NCBI GenBank assembly: GCA_043826845.1
Contig: JBDRPR010000561.1
Span: 1-34,530 of the forward strand
Length of the DNA: 34,530 bases
Reading direction: 5' to 3'
Source of the DNA: Bacteroidota bacterium
Lineage (GTDB): Bacteria; Bacteroidota; Bacteroidia; Bacteroidales; CAYTAU01
Shown here: positions 27,370 to 34,530 of the stretch, in pieces
Position numbering within the stretch: the stretch's first letter is position 1
How the letters are laid out: each line of letters opens with the position of its first letter
The notes under the pieces: model-generated
Seen by the model: the letters and a program-made list of their open reading frames with translations, nothing else
What the model was told of the DNA's origin: nothing
Database searches by the model: none
Position numbers and translations under genes: made by a program

Positions 27370-29673
27370 ATGGGACGAAGCAGAAAAAAACAAATTGAAA
27401 ATCTGGTTGACCTGCAAGACAAAGCACAGCGTCTCGAAGCTTTAATTATTATCAGTAAAGATATTCAGGAAAAAGAAAGGCTTACTCCTATATCTTTCAA
27501 CGACTTTCTTTATTTAGCATCCAAAAGTTCCTATCACATTTTCAGGAATATTTTTCAGCTTTTTCACGATATGGTTAAATACTATGTTGACGAAGGTCGT
27601 GATGATTATCCTGTTACTGAAGACAGTGTAGGTTTTGTTGAATACAATTGTCTGAGACTATTTCAGGAAAATTGTGACGATGCTTTTTTTGCCGATCGTT
27701 TATTTGCCAATCGTTTCATGAATCTTGTCGAAGGCTTTAAAAAAGGAATTCAGAATAACCGCATTTATTTGTTTGAAGGTCCACCCGGTAGTGGTAAAAG
27801 TACTTTTTTAAATAATCTATTATTTAAACTGGAAGAATATACAAAAAATCCGCATGGTGCGATGTACGAAACCCTCTGGAGACTTGATATTGAAAAACTT
27901 GAAGACACATTACAGGAGAAGGATTTTCAGGACATTATCGAACAAAATGGAGTGGAAAAATCAGAATATTCACATACTGATTCAGATAAGAAAAACCGTT
28001 ATATTGATATAAGTTGTCCAAACCATGATCATCCGATAATACAGATTCCAAAATCATTCAGAAAAAAATTCCTGGATGAATTAATTCAGGACAGGCGATT
28101 TAAAGAAAAACTTTTTAATTCCCGTGAATACGAGTGGGTTCTGAAAGATTCTCCATGTAGTATATGCAGTTCAATTTACAAACATTTATTTGATAAAGTC
28201 GGTGATCCGCTTATGGTATTTAATATGATCAATGCGAGAAAAAGACATTTTAACCGTCAGTTTGGAATCGGAATAAGTGTATATAGCCCGGGTGACGAAA
28301 GAATGGTTCGCCCGATAACTAATCCAACTATTCAGCAATCAATAAAAGATTTATTAAAAACCGATGATATAAAATATTTGTATTCAGATCTTGCAAATAC
28401 CAATAATGGCGTACTTGCATTGATGGATATAAAAGAAAATAATATCCTTAGACTAAAAGGCTTGCATGGAATAATCAGCGATGGAGTTCATAAAGTAGAT
28501 ACTCTTGAAGAAAAAATCACCTCCTTGTTTATTGGCTTAGTGAATCCTGAAGATAAAGTTCATTTTGAAAATGTTAAATCATTTCAGGACAGAGTAATCT
28601 ATGTTAATATTCCATATGTGCTTGATTTCAGAACAGAAGTATCCATTTACAAGGATAAATTCGGACACAAACTGGAATCATGGTTTCTTCCAAGAGTTTT
28701 GGATAACTTTGCCAAGATAATCATTGCCAGCCGGATGAATATTGAATCAGCAGCAGTTAAAGAATGGATTATGAGTCCTGATAAATACAATAAATATCTG
28801 GATAAAAATATGCTGATGCTTAAAATGGATATTTATACCGGGAAAATTCCTGACTGGCTAAGTGAAGAAGATATCAAAGGTTTTACAAGACCTATAAGGA
28901 AAAAAATTCTCGATGAATCTGAAAGTGAAGGAAAAAAAGGATTTAGTGGGCGTCAATCACTAAGTTTGTTTAATTCATTCTTAATCAGATTTTCAAAATC
29001 CGAGAAGCTCTTTACTATGGATATGGTTACTTCATTTTTCAGTGAAGATGCTGAATTCATCCAGTATATTCCAGAGGGGTTTGTAGAAGCTGTAGAAGAT
29101 ATGTACGACTTTAATGTTTTGCAGGAAGTAAAAGAAGCGATATATTACTATAACGAAGAACAGATATCAAGAGATATTCAAAATTATCTCACCGCAATAA
29201 ATTACGAAGAGGGATTTTCTATAAAATCAGATTATACCGGTGATATAATTGAAGTTGATGAAGAATATTTAAAAAATATTGAAGCCATATTTTTAGGGAC
29301 AACCAGCACACTTAAAGAAAGACAATCTTTCCGAAGAGATGTACAGACTGAATACATAACTGACACTTTATCTCAGGAAATCAAAGTAAAAGGAAAAAAC
29401 ATAACAAAGACCAAACTTTTTGAAACCCTGTTTCATAAGTACACTAAAAACCTGAAAGAAAATGCTCTTGCTCCATATTATGATAATGAAAATTTCAGAA
29501 GAGCAATTATGGATTATGGGAATCAATCGTTTGTCAATTACGATGAAAGACTTAAAAGGGATATTGAGCTTCTTATATCAAATCTGAAAAAGAAATTCAG
29601 CTATAATACAGACGGAGCATTACAGGTAAGTTTATATGTTATTGACAGAAAACTGGCGAAGAAATATACTTAA
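27370..29673 (+). CDS. Second, divergent PrkA-family P-loop ATPase (PrkA paralog)
   Basis: 767 aa with Walker A GPPGSGKS. It is collinear with the first PrkA in this window across three segments: GEPGNGKTYLVDFL vs GPPGSGKSTFLNNL, GGGIHFADEIFK vs NNGVLALMDIKE, and IIDRCRLTYMSHNTNF vs FQDRVIYVNIPYVLDF. CPNHDHPIIQIPKSFRKKF resembles the CP.H.DP...IP segment of Bacillus PrkA (from memory). The start lies 1 nt after the spoVR stop. Confidence 0.65.
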   Translation: MGRSRKKQIENLVDLQDKAQRLEALIIISKDIQEKERLTPISFNDFLYLASKSSYHIFRNIFQLFHDMVKYYVDEGRDDYPVTEDSVGFVEYNCLRLFQENCDDAFFADRLFANRFMNLVEGFKKGIQNNRIYLFEGPPGSGKSTFLNNLLFKLEEYTKNPHGAMYETLWRLDIEKLEDTLQEKDFQDIIEQNGVEKSEYSHTDSDKKNRYIDISCPNHDHPIIQIPKSFRKKFLDELIQDRRFKEKLFNSREYEWVLKDSPCSICSSIYKHLFDKVGDPLMVFNMINARKRHFNRQFGIGISVYSPGDERMVRPITNPTIQQSIKDLLKTDDIKYLYSDLANTNNGVLALMDIKENNILRLKGLHGIISDGVHKVDTLEEKITSLFIGLVNPEDKVHFENVKSFQDRVIYVNIPYVLDFRTEVSIYKDKFGHKLESWFLPRVLDNFAKIIIASRMNIESAAVKEWIMSPDKYNKYLDKNMLMLKMDIYTGKIPDWLSEEDIKGFTRPIRKKILDESESEGKKGFSGRQSLSLFNSFLIRFSKSEKLFTMDMVTSFFSEDAEFIQYIPEGFVEAVEDMYDFNVLQEVKEAIYYYNEEQISRDIQNYLTAINYEEGFSIKSDYTGDIIEVDEEYLKNIEAIFLGTTSTLKERQSFRRDVQTEYITDTLSQEIKVKGKNITKTKLFETLFHKYTKNLKENALAPYYDNENFRRAIMDYGNQSFVNYDERLKRDIELLISNLKKKFSYNTDGALQVSLYVIDRKLAKKYT

Positions 29674-29676
29674 CGG

Positions 29677-29695
29677 AATCTTTCTGAAAGTTTGC
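29677..29695. repeat. Copy (18/19 nt) of one arm of the palindrome embedded in the transposase-like gene at 31271-31334
   Basis: aatctttcTgaaagtttgc (29677-29695) versus aatctttcCgaaagtttgc (31276-31294). It begins 4 nt after the stop of the PrkA-paralog gene. It can pair imperfectly with 29706-29722 and is followed by ttttttatttttt (29721-29733). Confidence 0.6.
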
Positions 29696-29794
29696 GGTGT
29701 TTTTTAAAACTTCAAATTGATTTTTTATTTTTTGAGTCAGGGTCTGTACCCATAATTGTTTTTTTAAAATTCGCCGGCATCAAGCTGTGCTTTT

Positions 29795-30736
29795 TTATAC
29801 TTTACGTTTTTTTAAAATTGCAAAATAGGCATCGTATAATTCCGGTTCATTTTCTTTTAATAGTTTTCTGTAATTTATTATTTGTTTAAAATTTCTTTGC
29901 TTATCCAAGGTTTCTGCCATCGAAAGCAAATAATAAGCGTATAACCCTCTTTTTGTCGTTTCACCGCATTCGTTTTCTTTAAATTCTATTATTGGAAGCT
30001 GACTATGTATCCAGCCCCAGGCAGGAGTCATTTCCGTACCGTATTTTTTTATTATTGCAGCAAGAGCTTTGTTTTCTGTTTTTTCGATCTGAATTTCGTC
30101 AGGATTTATTAAGATGGCTTTTAAATAGTTTTGTTTGGCTTCCAGTTTTTTGTCAAGTATCCATTGTAAGTTTGCCAAATGCCAGAGAACAGATGCAGAA
30201 CGTTCATTTGTTTTTAAAAAATTCAACATTTCTTGTTCGGCATATTCGGTTTTTTCGGCAAATAAATATAAATCGGCAATTGTAATATTATTATTTATAT
30301 AAAATATGTTTAACCTTTTAGCGATAGAAATTATTTCTTGTAATAAAGCATTGCTGAATAATTTAGCACCCCATGTTTTTGGAAATGAAAATTTTTCCCA
30401 CTTTTCGAATATGAATTGCATTTTTTCTAAATCTCCCATTTCGCTGCATCTTTCGAAATTTTCTTTCCAGTACAATACGATTTTTAAAGCTAAGGTTGCT
30501 TCATCGTTATTTGTATCCTGACCTAACACTGTAAGAAATACTTCTTCCGCTTCAATAAAGTTAAATCCGGCTATGCATCGCCAGCCTTTGGCAAGTTGTT
30601 CTGTTTGCCACGAAAATAAATTGAGTTGAACACAAGTTGTCTGCTTTACAGATTTTTTGTCAAAATCGTCTTCTTTTTTTTCTGTAAAATCATTTTTCTG
30701 ATCTTTGTCTTCTATGAGTTTATCTTTTTTTATCAT
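29795..30736 (-). CDS. Hypothetical all-helical (TPR-like?) protein with a charged N-terminus
   Basis: 313-aa ORF. A Lys/Asp/Glu-rich N-terminal ~30 aa is followed by helical-repeat-like sequence. I recognise no catalytic motif. Confidence 0.6.
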   Translation of the reverse strand: MIKKDKLIEDKDQKNDFTEKKEDDFDKKSVKQTTCVQLNLFSWQTEQLAKGWRCIAGFNFIEAEEVFLTVLGQDTNNDEATLALKIVLYWKENFERCSEMGDLEKMQFIFEKWEKFSFPKTWGAKLFSNALLQEIISIAKRLNIFYINNNITIADLYLFAEKTEYAEQEMLNFLKTNERSASVLWHLANLQWILDKKLEAKQNYLKAILINPDEIQIEKTENKALAAIIKKYGTEMTPAWGWIHSQLPIIEFKENECGETTKRGLYAYYLLSMAETLDKQRNFKQIINYRKLLKENEPELYDAYFAILKKRKV

Positions 30737-30897
30737 TACAGTTTTATTTTTCAGATACTACAAATATTCAGTTAATTCAAAATTAATTATGTTTAAGTTT
30801 GAAGTTATGTACACGGAAACTTGTTACCTATACTTAAATTATTTAGCATTTATCCTTGACCTGTTTGATACTAAACGCAAAACATTCCTGCTCCCTT

Positions 30898-31560
30898 TTA
30901 CTCCTCCATCCTTAACTCATTCAAAACATCCGTTTTGCTTTTATGAACAGATATAAAATTCTCCTTATCATTAAAAAATCCAATGGTCTCTTTTTCTTTA
31001 ATCCATTCTGAATTACCTGAAATGATTAAATTATATGATGAATATTTCCATTTATCAATTTTATTTATTATGCCATGTTTCACCGGATTATTGTGAATAT
31101 AAATCACAACTTGTTTAAGATAATCATCAGAATTGATTTCTTTTCGTTTAAAATTGGGAATAAAAAGACTTCCTTTTCTTTTAAATACTTTGTTGAATGA
31201 TTGGGTGTAACTGCTGAAAAGTTTTGAAAATTGTCTGGAGATTTTAAGACTAAGTTCATTTTCGTTTAATCCTGCAATCTTTCCGAAAGTTTGCTCAGAC
31301 TCAACCCCTGCTAACTTTCGGAAAGATTGGCAGGGGCTTTCCCCTCCGCCGAAAAAAATAATCAATTCCTCTTTGCTTTTAACTCTAATTAAAAAGTGCA
31401 GATGGTTTGGTATAAGACAATAAGCGAATGTGTCAACAATAGGTTCCAGATAAAATCTATACCGGCTGATAAAAAACCTATAATTATCTTCTGAAAAAAA
31501 CATTTTTTCCCAACCATTTGCTCTATTGTAAATATGATAGTATTTCCTAGGTTCAAGCAT
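30898..31560 (-). CDS. REP-associated tyrosine transposase-like protein (IS200/IS605-type Y1 HUH transposase fold)
   Basis: YHIYNRANG...MFFSEDNY, the HUH motif in YCLIPNHLHFLIRV and the catalytic-Tyr motif VIYIHNNPVKHG. 220 aa. I saw no IS-like terminal structures flanking it. Confidence 0.8.
   Translation of the reverse strand: MLEPRKYYHIYNRANGWEKMFFSEDNYRFFISRYRFYLEPIVDTFAYCLIPNHLHFLIRVKSKEELIIFFGGGESPCQSFRKLAGVESEQTFGKIAGLNENELSLKISRQFSKLFSSYTQSFNKVFKRKGSLFIPNFKRKEINSDDYLKQVVIYIHNNPVKHGIINKIDKWKYSSYNLIISGNSEWIKEKETIGFFNDKENFISVHKSKTDVLNELRMEE
31271..31334. repeat. Imperfect 21/22-nt-arm palindrome inside the transposase-like CDS, read through in frame
   Basis: cctgcaatctttccgaaagtt (31271-31291) and aactttcggaaagattggcagg (31313-31334) are reverse complements apart from one extra g, with a 21-nt loop. 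The palindrome encodes ...SPCQSFRKLAGVESEQTFGKIAGL... between the HUH and Tyr motifs. An adjacent small hairpin, agggg-cttt-cccct, sits at 31332-31345. Confidence 0.8.
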
Positions 31561-31687
31561 TTAATTTATAATTCTATTTTGAAAGTTTATACAGAATCAA
31601 AATGGATTTTCCTTCCATTTGCTTCGATAATGTTGCTAATATAAACAAACTATTTGAATTAATTGTGATAATAGTATTGCTATATCT

Positions 31688-32113
31688 TTATTTGTTTTTT
31701 TTAAACATAGCATAATGATTCTTTACACGGTTTGTATATGTATTATCGTTCAATAATACTTTCGCACACATATTTAACAGTGCTGGAGCTAAATTGGATT
31801 GCGGACTCCCTACATTTAGTCCGGGACCAATTAATTCGGTCAACATCTGTTTATTGGCATAACCCATCCATTTTCTATAAAATGCCGCATTCTCCCATCC
31901 CCAGTATATAACAGCTTCTGATTTTCCTCGTTTTTCTGAAAAAACCTGGAAGAAAACTCTGCGACAATCGCATTTCGGATCGTTACAAAAAAGTTCTACG
32001 AATGTATAACTATCTGCAGGCAGGCCAAAATCATTATTTTCAAAAACCATAATAGTTCTTGTTTCGGCTTCTGCTATTACAGGAAACTTGTCGTGAAAAG
32101 ATTGGAAAAACAT
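31688..32113 (-). CDS. Hypothetical small protein with a C-x4-C-x-C cluster
   Basis: 141-aa ORF containing FVELFCNDPKCDCRRVFFQVF. It starts 32 nt downstream of the flippase gene on the same strand. I do not recognise a family with confidence. Confidence 0.6.
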   Translation of the reverse strand: MFFQSFHDKFPVIAEAETRTIMVFENNDFGLPADSYTFVELFCNDPKCDCRRVFFQVFSEKRGKSEAVIYWGWENAAFYRKWMGYANKQMLTELIGPGLNVGSPQSNLAPALLNMCAKVLLNDNTYTNRVKNHYAMFKKNK

Positions 32114-32145
32114 AGTTTTTTGGGGTTTATTTTTAAAATAGTTGA

Positions 32146-33645
32146 TTAATGAATTTTAATATTGGAAATATTGGATTTCAATTGCTTGAGATTTTTCCAT
32201 TTTTTCCAGGCACCTTTTATTCGCTCAATTTCAATTGGCTCATAGAATTTAAGAAAATATAAAATAATCGGGAAGAAAAGCATCAGAACCATTTTTATTA
32301 TTGCTGCAAGAACCAGATTCATATCTTTAAGTAAAAATGTAGCAAAGTACAAACCGATTCCCACTACAAACATCAATAATATTTTACCAACCTCATATTT
32401 AATCGGATAATATTTATTTGCAAAATAATAAAACATGACAACGATAATTATTGAAGAAATAATTGTAGCCAATGCAGAACCATATATCCCCAATGATGGT
32501 ATCAGCAAAAAGTTTAGGCCGATATTTATTACAGCAGCGACAATGACGATATATGCAATTTTTGAGGTTTTCTTGACATAATGAAATCCAAGAGCCAAAA
32601 TTGTCTGAATTCCTTTGAATACGAATGCAAAGGCAATCAGTGGAACAATTGTATAAGCTAAATAATATTCCTGATTTGATGAGAACAGAATTATTATTTC
32701 CTTGGAGAACAGAGACATTGCTAAAACAACAATCATCATTATAAAAACATAATATGTTAGTGATTTTTTAAAAAATCTTGGCGCTTCTTTCTGGTCAAAC
32801 ATTTTAAATGCGATTGGAATAAATCCCATTTGAAAAGACGTAATAACAAACATATTCACAACACTTGCCAGTCTGTAACCTAATGTATAAATGCCAACTT
32901 CAGAATAATCACGTAATTCTTTTAAAATATATCTGTCAGAAACATTCAACAGAATAACAGAAGTATATGAAAACATTAGTGGAAAGCTGTAAATTATCAT
33001 TTCTTTACCGACTTTTAAATTGAAAACAGGATTGACATTTTTATATATAAGCCTTAATGCCAGGATAAAGAAAAAGGCCGAGCCGATAAGCTGGGCAAGG
33101 ATTACTCCTTTTACTCCCATATTTAAATATTTTAGGAAATAAATATTTAATCCGATTGTAAGCAGGATCCTAAATCCCATGATAATAATATAAAATAAAG
33201 ATTTTTCGCGAAATCTTATAGTATCCAAAACACACATATTCAGAATCTCAAAAGCAGCATAAACAAATAATATTTGCAAATATGACTGATATTCAGGATT
33301 ATCAAAAAACAAAACGGAAAACGATCTTGTAAATGGCTGCGATATTGCATTTAATACCAGAACAATAATTATGGTAATAATAAAAGTAGTGAAAATTATT
33401 GATTTTCTTTTCGACTCCTCTTTTTCAACCGAACACCAACGTAACATAGCCGTTGATAATGAAATACTGAATAATGCAATAACAAACATAGAAATTGCTT
33501 CAATCAGTCCCCATATACCATAATCAGCAGTGGAAAGCTTACTGGTATATAAAGGTAATAAAATCAAACCCATCAACTTAATGCCAACATTTCCAAGGCT
33601 ATAAATTAAAGTGTGTTTGACGGTTCCTTTTATTAAATTAAGCAT
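32146..33645 (-). CDS. Oligosaccharide/polysaccharide flippase (Wzx-like, MOP superfamily)
   Basis: 499 aa with ~14 TM helices. The N-terminus, KHTLIYSLGNVGIKLMGLILLPLYTSKLSTADYGIWGLIEA, is typical of Polysacc_synt/Wzx proteins. Confidence 0.85.
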   Translation of the reverse strand: MLNLIKGTVKHTLIYSLGNVGIKLMGLILLPLYTSKLSTADYGIWGLIEAISMFVIALFSISLSTAMLRWCSVEKEESKRKSIIFTTFIITIIIVLVLNAISQPFTRSFSVLFFDNPEYQSYLQILFVYAAFEILNMCVLDTIRFREKSLFYIIIMGFRILLTIGLNIYFLKYLNMGVKGVILAQLIGSAFFFILALRLIYKNVNPVFNLKVGKEMIIYSFPLMFSYTSVILLNVSDRYILKELRDYSEVGIYTLGYRLASVVNMFVITSFQMGFIPIAFKMFDQKEAPRFFKKSLTYYVFIMMIVVLAMSLFSKEIIILFSSNQEYYLAYTIVPLIAFAFVFKGIQTILALGFHYVKKTSKIAYIVIVAAVINIGLNFLLIPSLGIYGSALATIISSIIIVVMFYYFANKYYPIKYEVGKILLMFVVGIGLYFATFLLKDMNLVLAAIIKMVLMLFFPIILYFLKFYEPIEIERIKGAWKKWKNLKQLKSNISNIKIH

Positions 33646-33857
33646 TTCAATTGTATTTTTTCAATAATCATGAAAACTTATAACTGCAAGTCAAAAGTAT
33701 ATAAATAAGCAAAAAAAACAGCTATATTATGAATTTTTAACTAAAGGAGTTCTAATAAATTTTAAAATATAAAGAGAAAACCCTAAGGATGATATTTATT
33801 AAAATTTATCAGTAAATAGTGATATTTTTTTGTAATTTAGCTAAAATTTCTTTTATT

Positions 33858-34523
33858 ATGCAACATATCGGTTTACTTTCTTGTTTTATTTTTTTAACTT
33901 CATTTTTATTTTCTCAAAATGAATTTATTGTCAACGAATCTTATCAAAAAATTGGGGGAGGAAATAACAATTCATTCTCGGTTGTTATTTTTGAAACGAA
34001 TCCGAAAAATGTGGAAAAAGCATGGAAAACTCTTATGAAAGATTTTGGTGCTAAAGTCAGTTTAAAAAAGGAGATTTTTGCTGCTGACGCTATTATTAAA
34101 AATATTTCTTCAGACACTCTTAATGTATATGCAATTATTGAGTCTGTAAATGATAATGACTCAAAACTTACAGTTGCATTTGATATGAGAGGAACATTTC
34201 TTTCTTCAGTAGTATCTGAGGTCGGATATAAAACTGCGAAAAAACTTCTATATGATTTTGCCGTTTCCTGTGCTAAAAGTGAAGTCCTGCTACAAATAAA
34301 AGATGCCGAAAAATCTTTGTCGAAACTTAAAAATGACAGCACACAGTTGGTTAAAGAGCATGAAGATCTTAATAAAAAAATTTCCCAATGGGAGTTGAGT
34401 ATTGAGACTGCTAAACAGACCAAAATTGACAATGAAAAAAATCAGGAATTAAAGAAAACTGAAATTGAAGATCAGAAAAAAACCATCGAATCTCTAATTT
34501 TAAAAGAAAAAGAAATTAAATAA
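33858..34523 (+). CDS. Secreted hypothetical protein with a C-terminal coiled coil
   Basis: Signal peptide MQHIGLLSCFIFLTSFLFSQ (start trimmed to the ATG at 33858). The C-terminal ~80 aa are heptad-like and K/E-rich (LSKLKNDSTQLVKEHEDLNKKISQWELSIETAKQ...). Confidence 0.6.
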   Translation: MQHIGLLSCFIFLTSFLFSQNEFIVNESYQKIGGGNNNSFSVVIFETNPKNVEKAWKTLMKDFGAKVSLKKEIFAADAIIKNISSDTLNVYAIIESVNDNDSKLTVAFDMRGTFLSSVVSEVGYKTAKKLLYDFAVSCAKSEVLLQIKDAEKSLSKLKNDSTQLVKEHEDLNKKISQWELSIETAKQTKIDNEKNQELKKTEIEDQKKTIESLILKEKEIK

Positions 34524-34530
34524 ATTTGTT

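Noticed and set aside
29692-29889. 65-aa ORF between the convergent PrkA-paralog and 313-aa genes (and the similar 83-aa ORF at 30705-30956)
   Set aside because: The peptides are Phe/Leu-rich and low-complexity, come from T-rich intergenic DNA, and overlap the ends of better-supported genes.
30898-31560. The transposase-like gene as an active IS200/IS605 element
   Set aside because: There is no TnpB/accessory ORF and I saw no flanking subterminal hairpins or repeats in 30737-30897 or 31561-31687. It looks like a domesticated single-copy RAYT-type gene rather than a mobile IS.
33944-34432. Long antisense ORFs inside real genes (162 aa here; also 697-1062, 2798-3112, 8834-9160, 12557-12910)
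   Set aside because: Each lies entirely within a gene that has strong motif support on the other strand. Such shadow ORFs are expected from codon bias, for example in K/E-rich coiled-coil coding sequence.
1-34530. Alternative genetic code (TGA reassignment) suggested by the in-frame TGA at 26-28
   Set aside because: Every other long ORF is intact under the standard code. TGA also terminates a well-supported gene at 11348-11350, with a coupled ATG.
1-34530. tRNA, rRNA, CRISPR arrays, riboswitches
   Set aside because: I inspected the intergenic regions by eye and saw no cloverleaf-compatible segments, no regularly spaced direct repeats and no recognisable riboswitch cores. A covariance-model scan would be needed to exclude small RNAs formally.

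Overview
Visibly AT-rich, gene-dense chromosomal segment. The fused SecDF, the near absence of Shine-Dalgarno sequences and the GC-rich hairpins and short-period repeats in intergenic DNA point to Bacteroidota. I support 27 protein-coding genes and saw no rRNA, tRNA or CRISPR array. All product calls rest on motif recognition by eye; no homology search was run. Most of the window is housekeeping: LysE exporter, ABC ATPase, CaCA antiporter, SecDF, malic enzyme, ElbB, U32 peptidase-family protein, heptose kinase, PriA, PfkA and a Wzx-type flippase. Four loci deserve a second look. (1) 22282-29673 is a tight four-gene operon of PrkA, DUF444/YeaH, SpoVR and a second, divergent PrkA-family P-loop protein. 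It is preceded by the only strong Shine-Dalgarno site I found in the window. This is a conserved module whose mechanism is unresolved, here in an unusually complete and duplicated form. (2) 7659-12402 holds an MBOAT acyltransferase and its SGNH-like partner, divergent from two tandem paralogous sulfotransferases. The shared intergenic region is bracketed by a perfect 15-bp inverted repeat around an internally palindromic repeat element. (3) 29677-32113 is an accessory-looking stretch with a REP-associated tyrosine transposase-like (HUH/Y1) gene. That gene carries an in-frame ~64-nt palindrome, and one arm of the palindrome recurs (18/19 nt) directly after the PrkA operon stop. Two orphan proteins flank the gene. 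(4) Several GC-rich hairpin or short-period repeat islands sit in intergenic DNA. The sequence alone does not demonstrate a new system; the PrkA module and the sulfotransferase/MBOAT locus are the best candidates.
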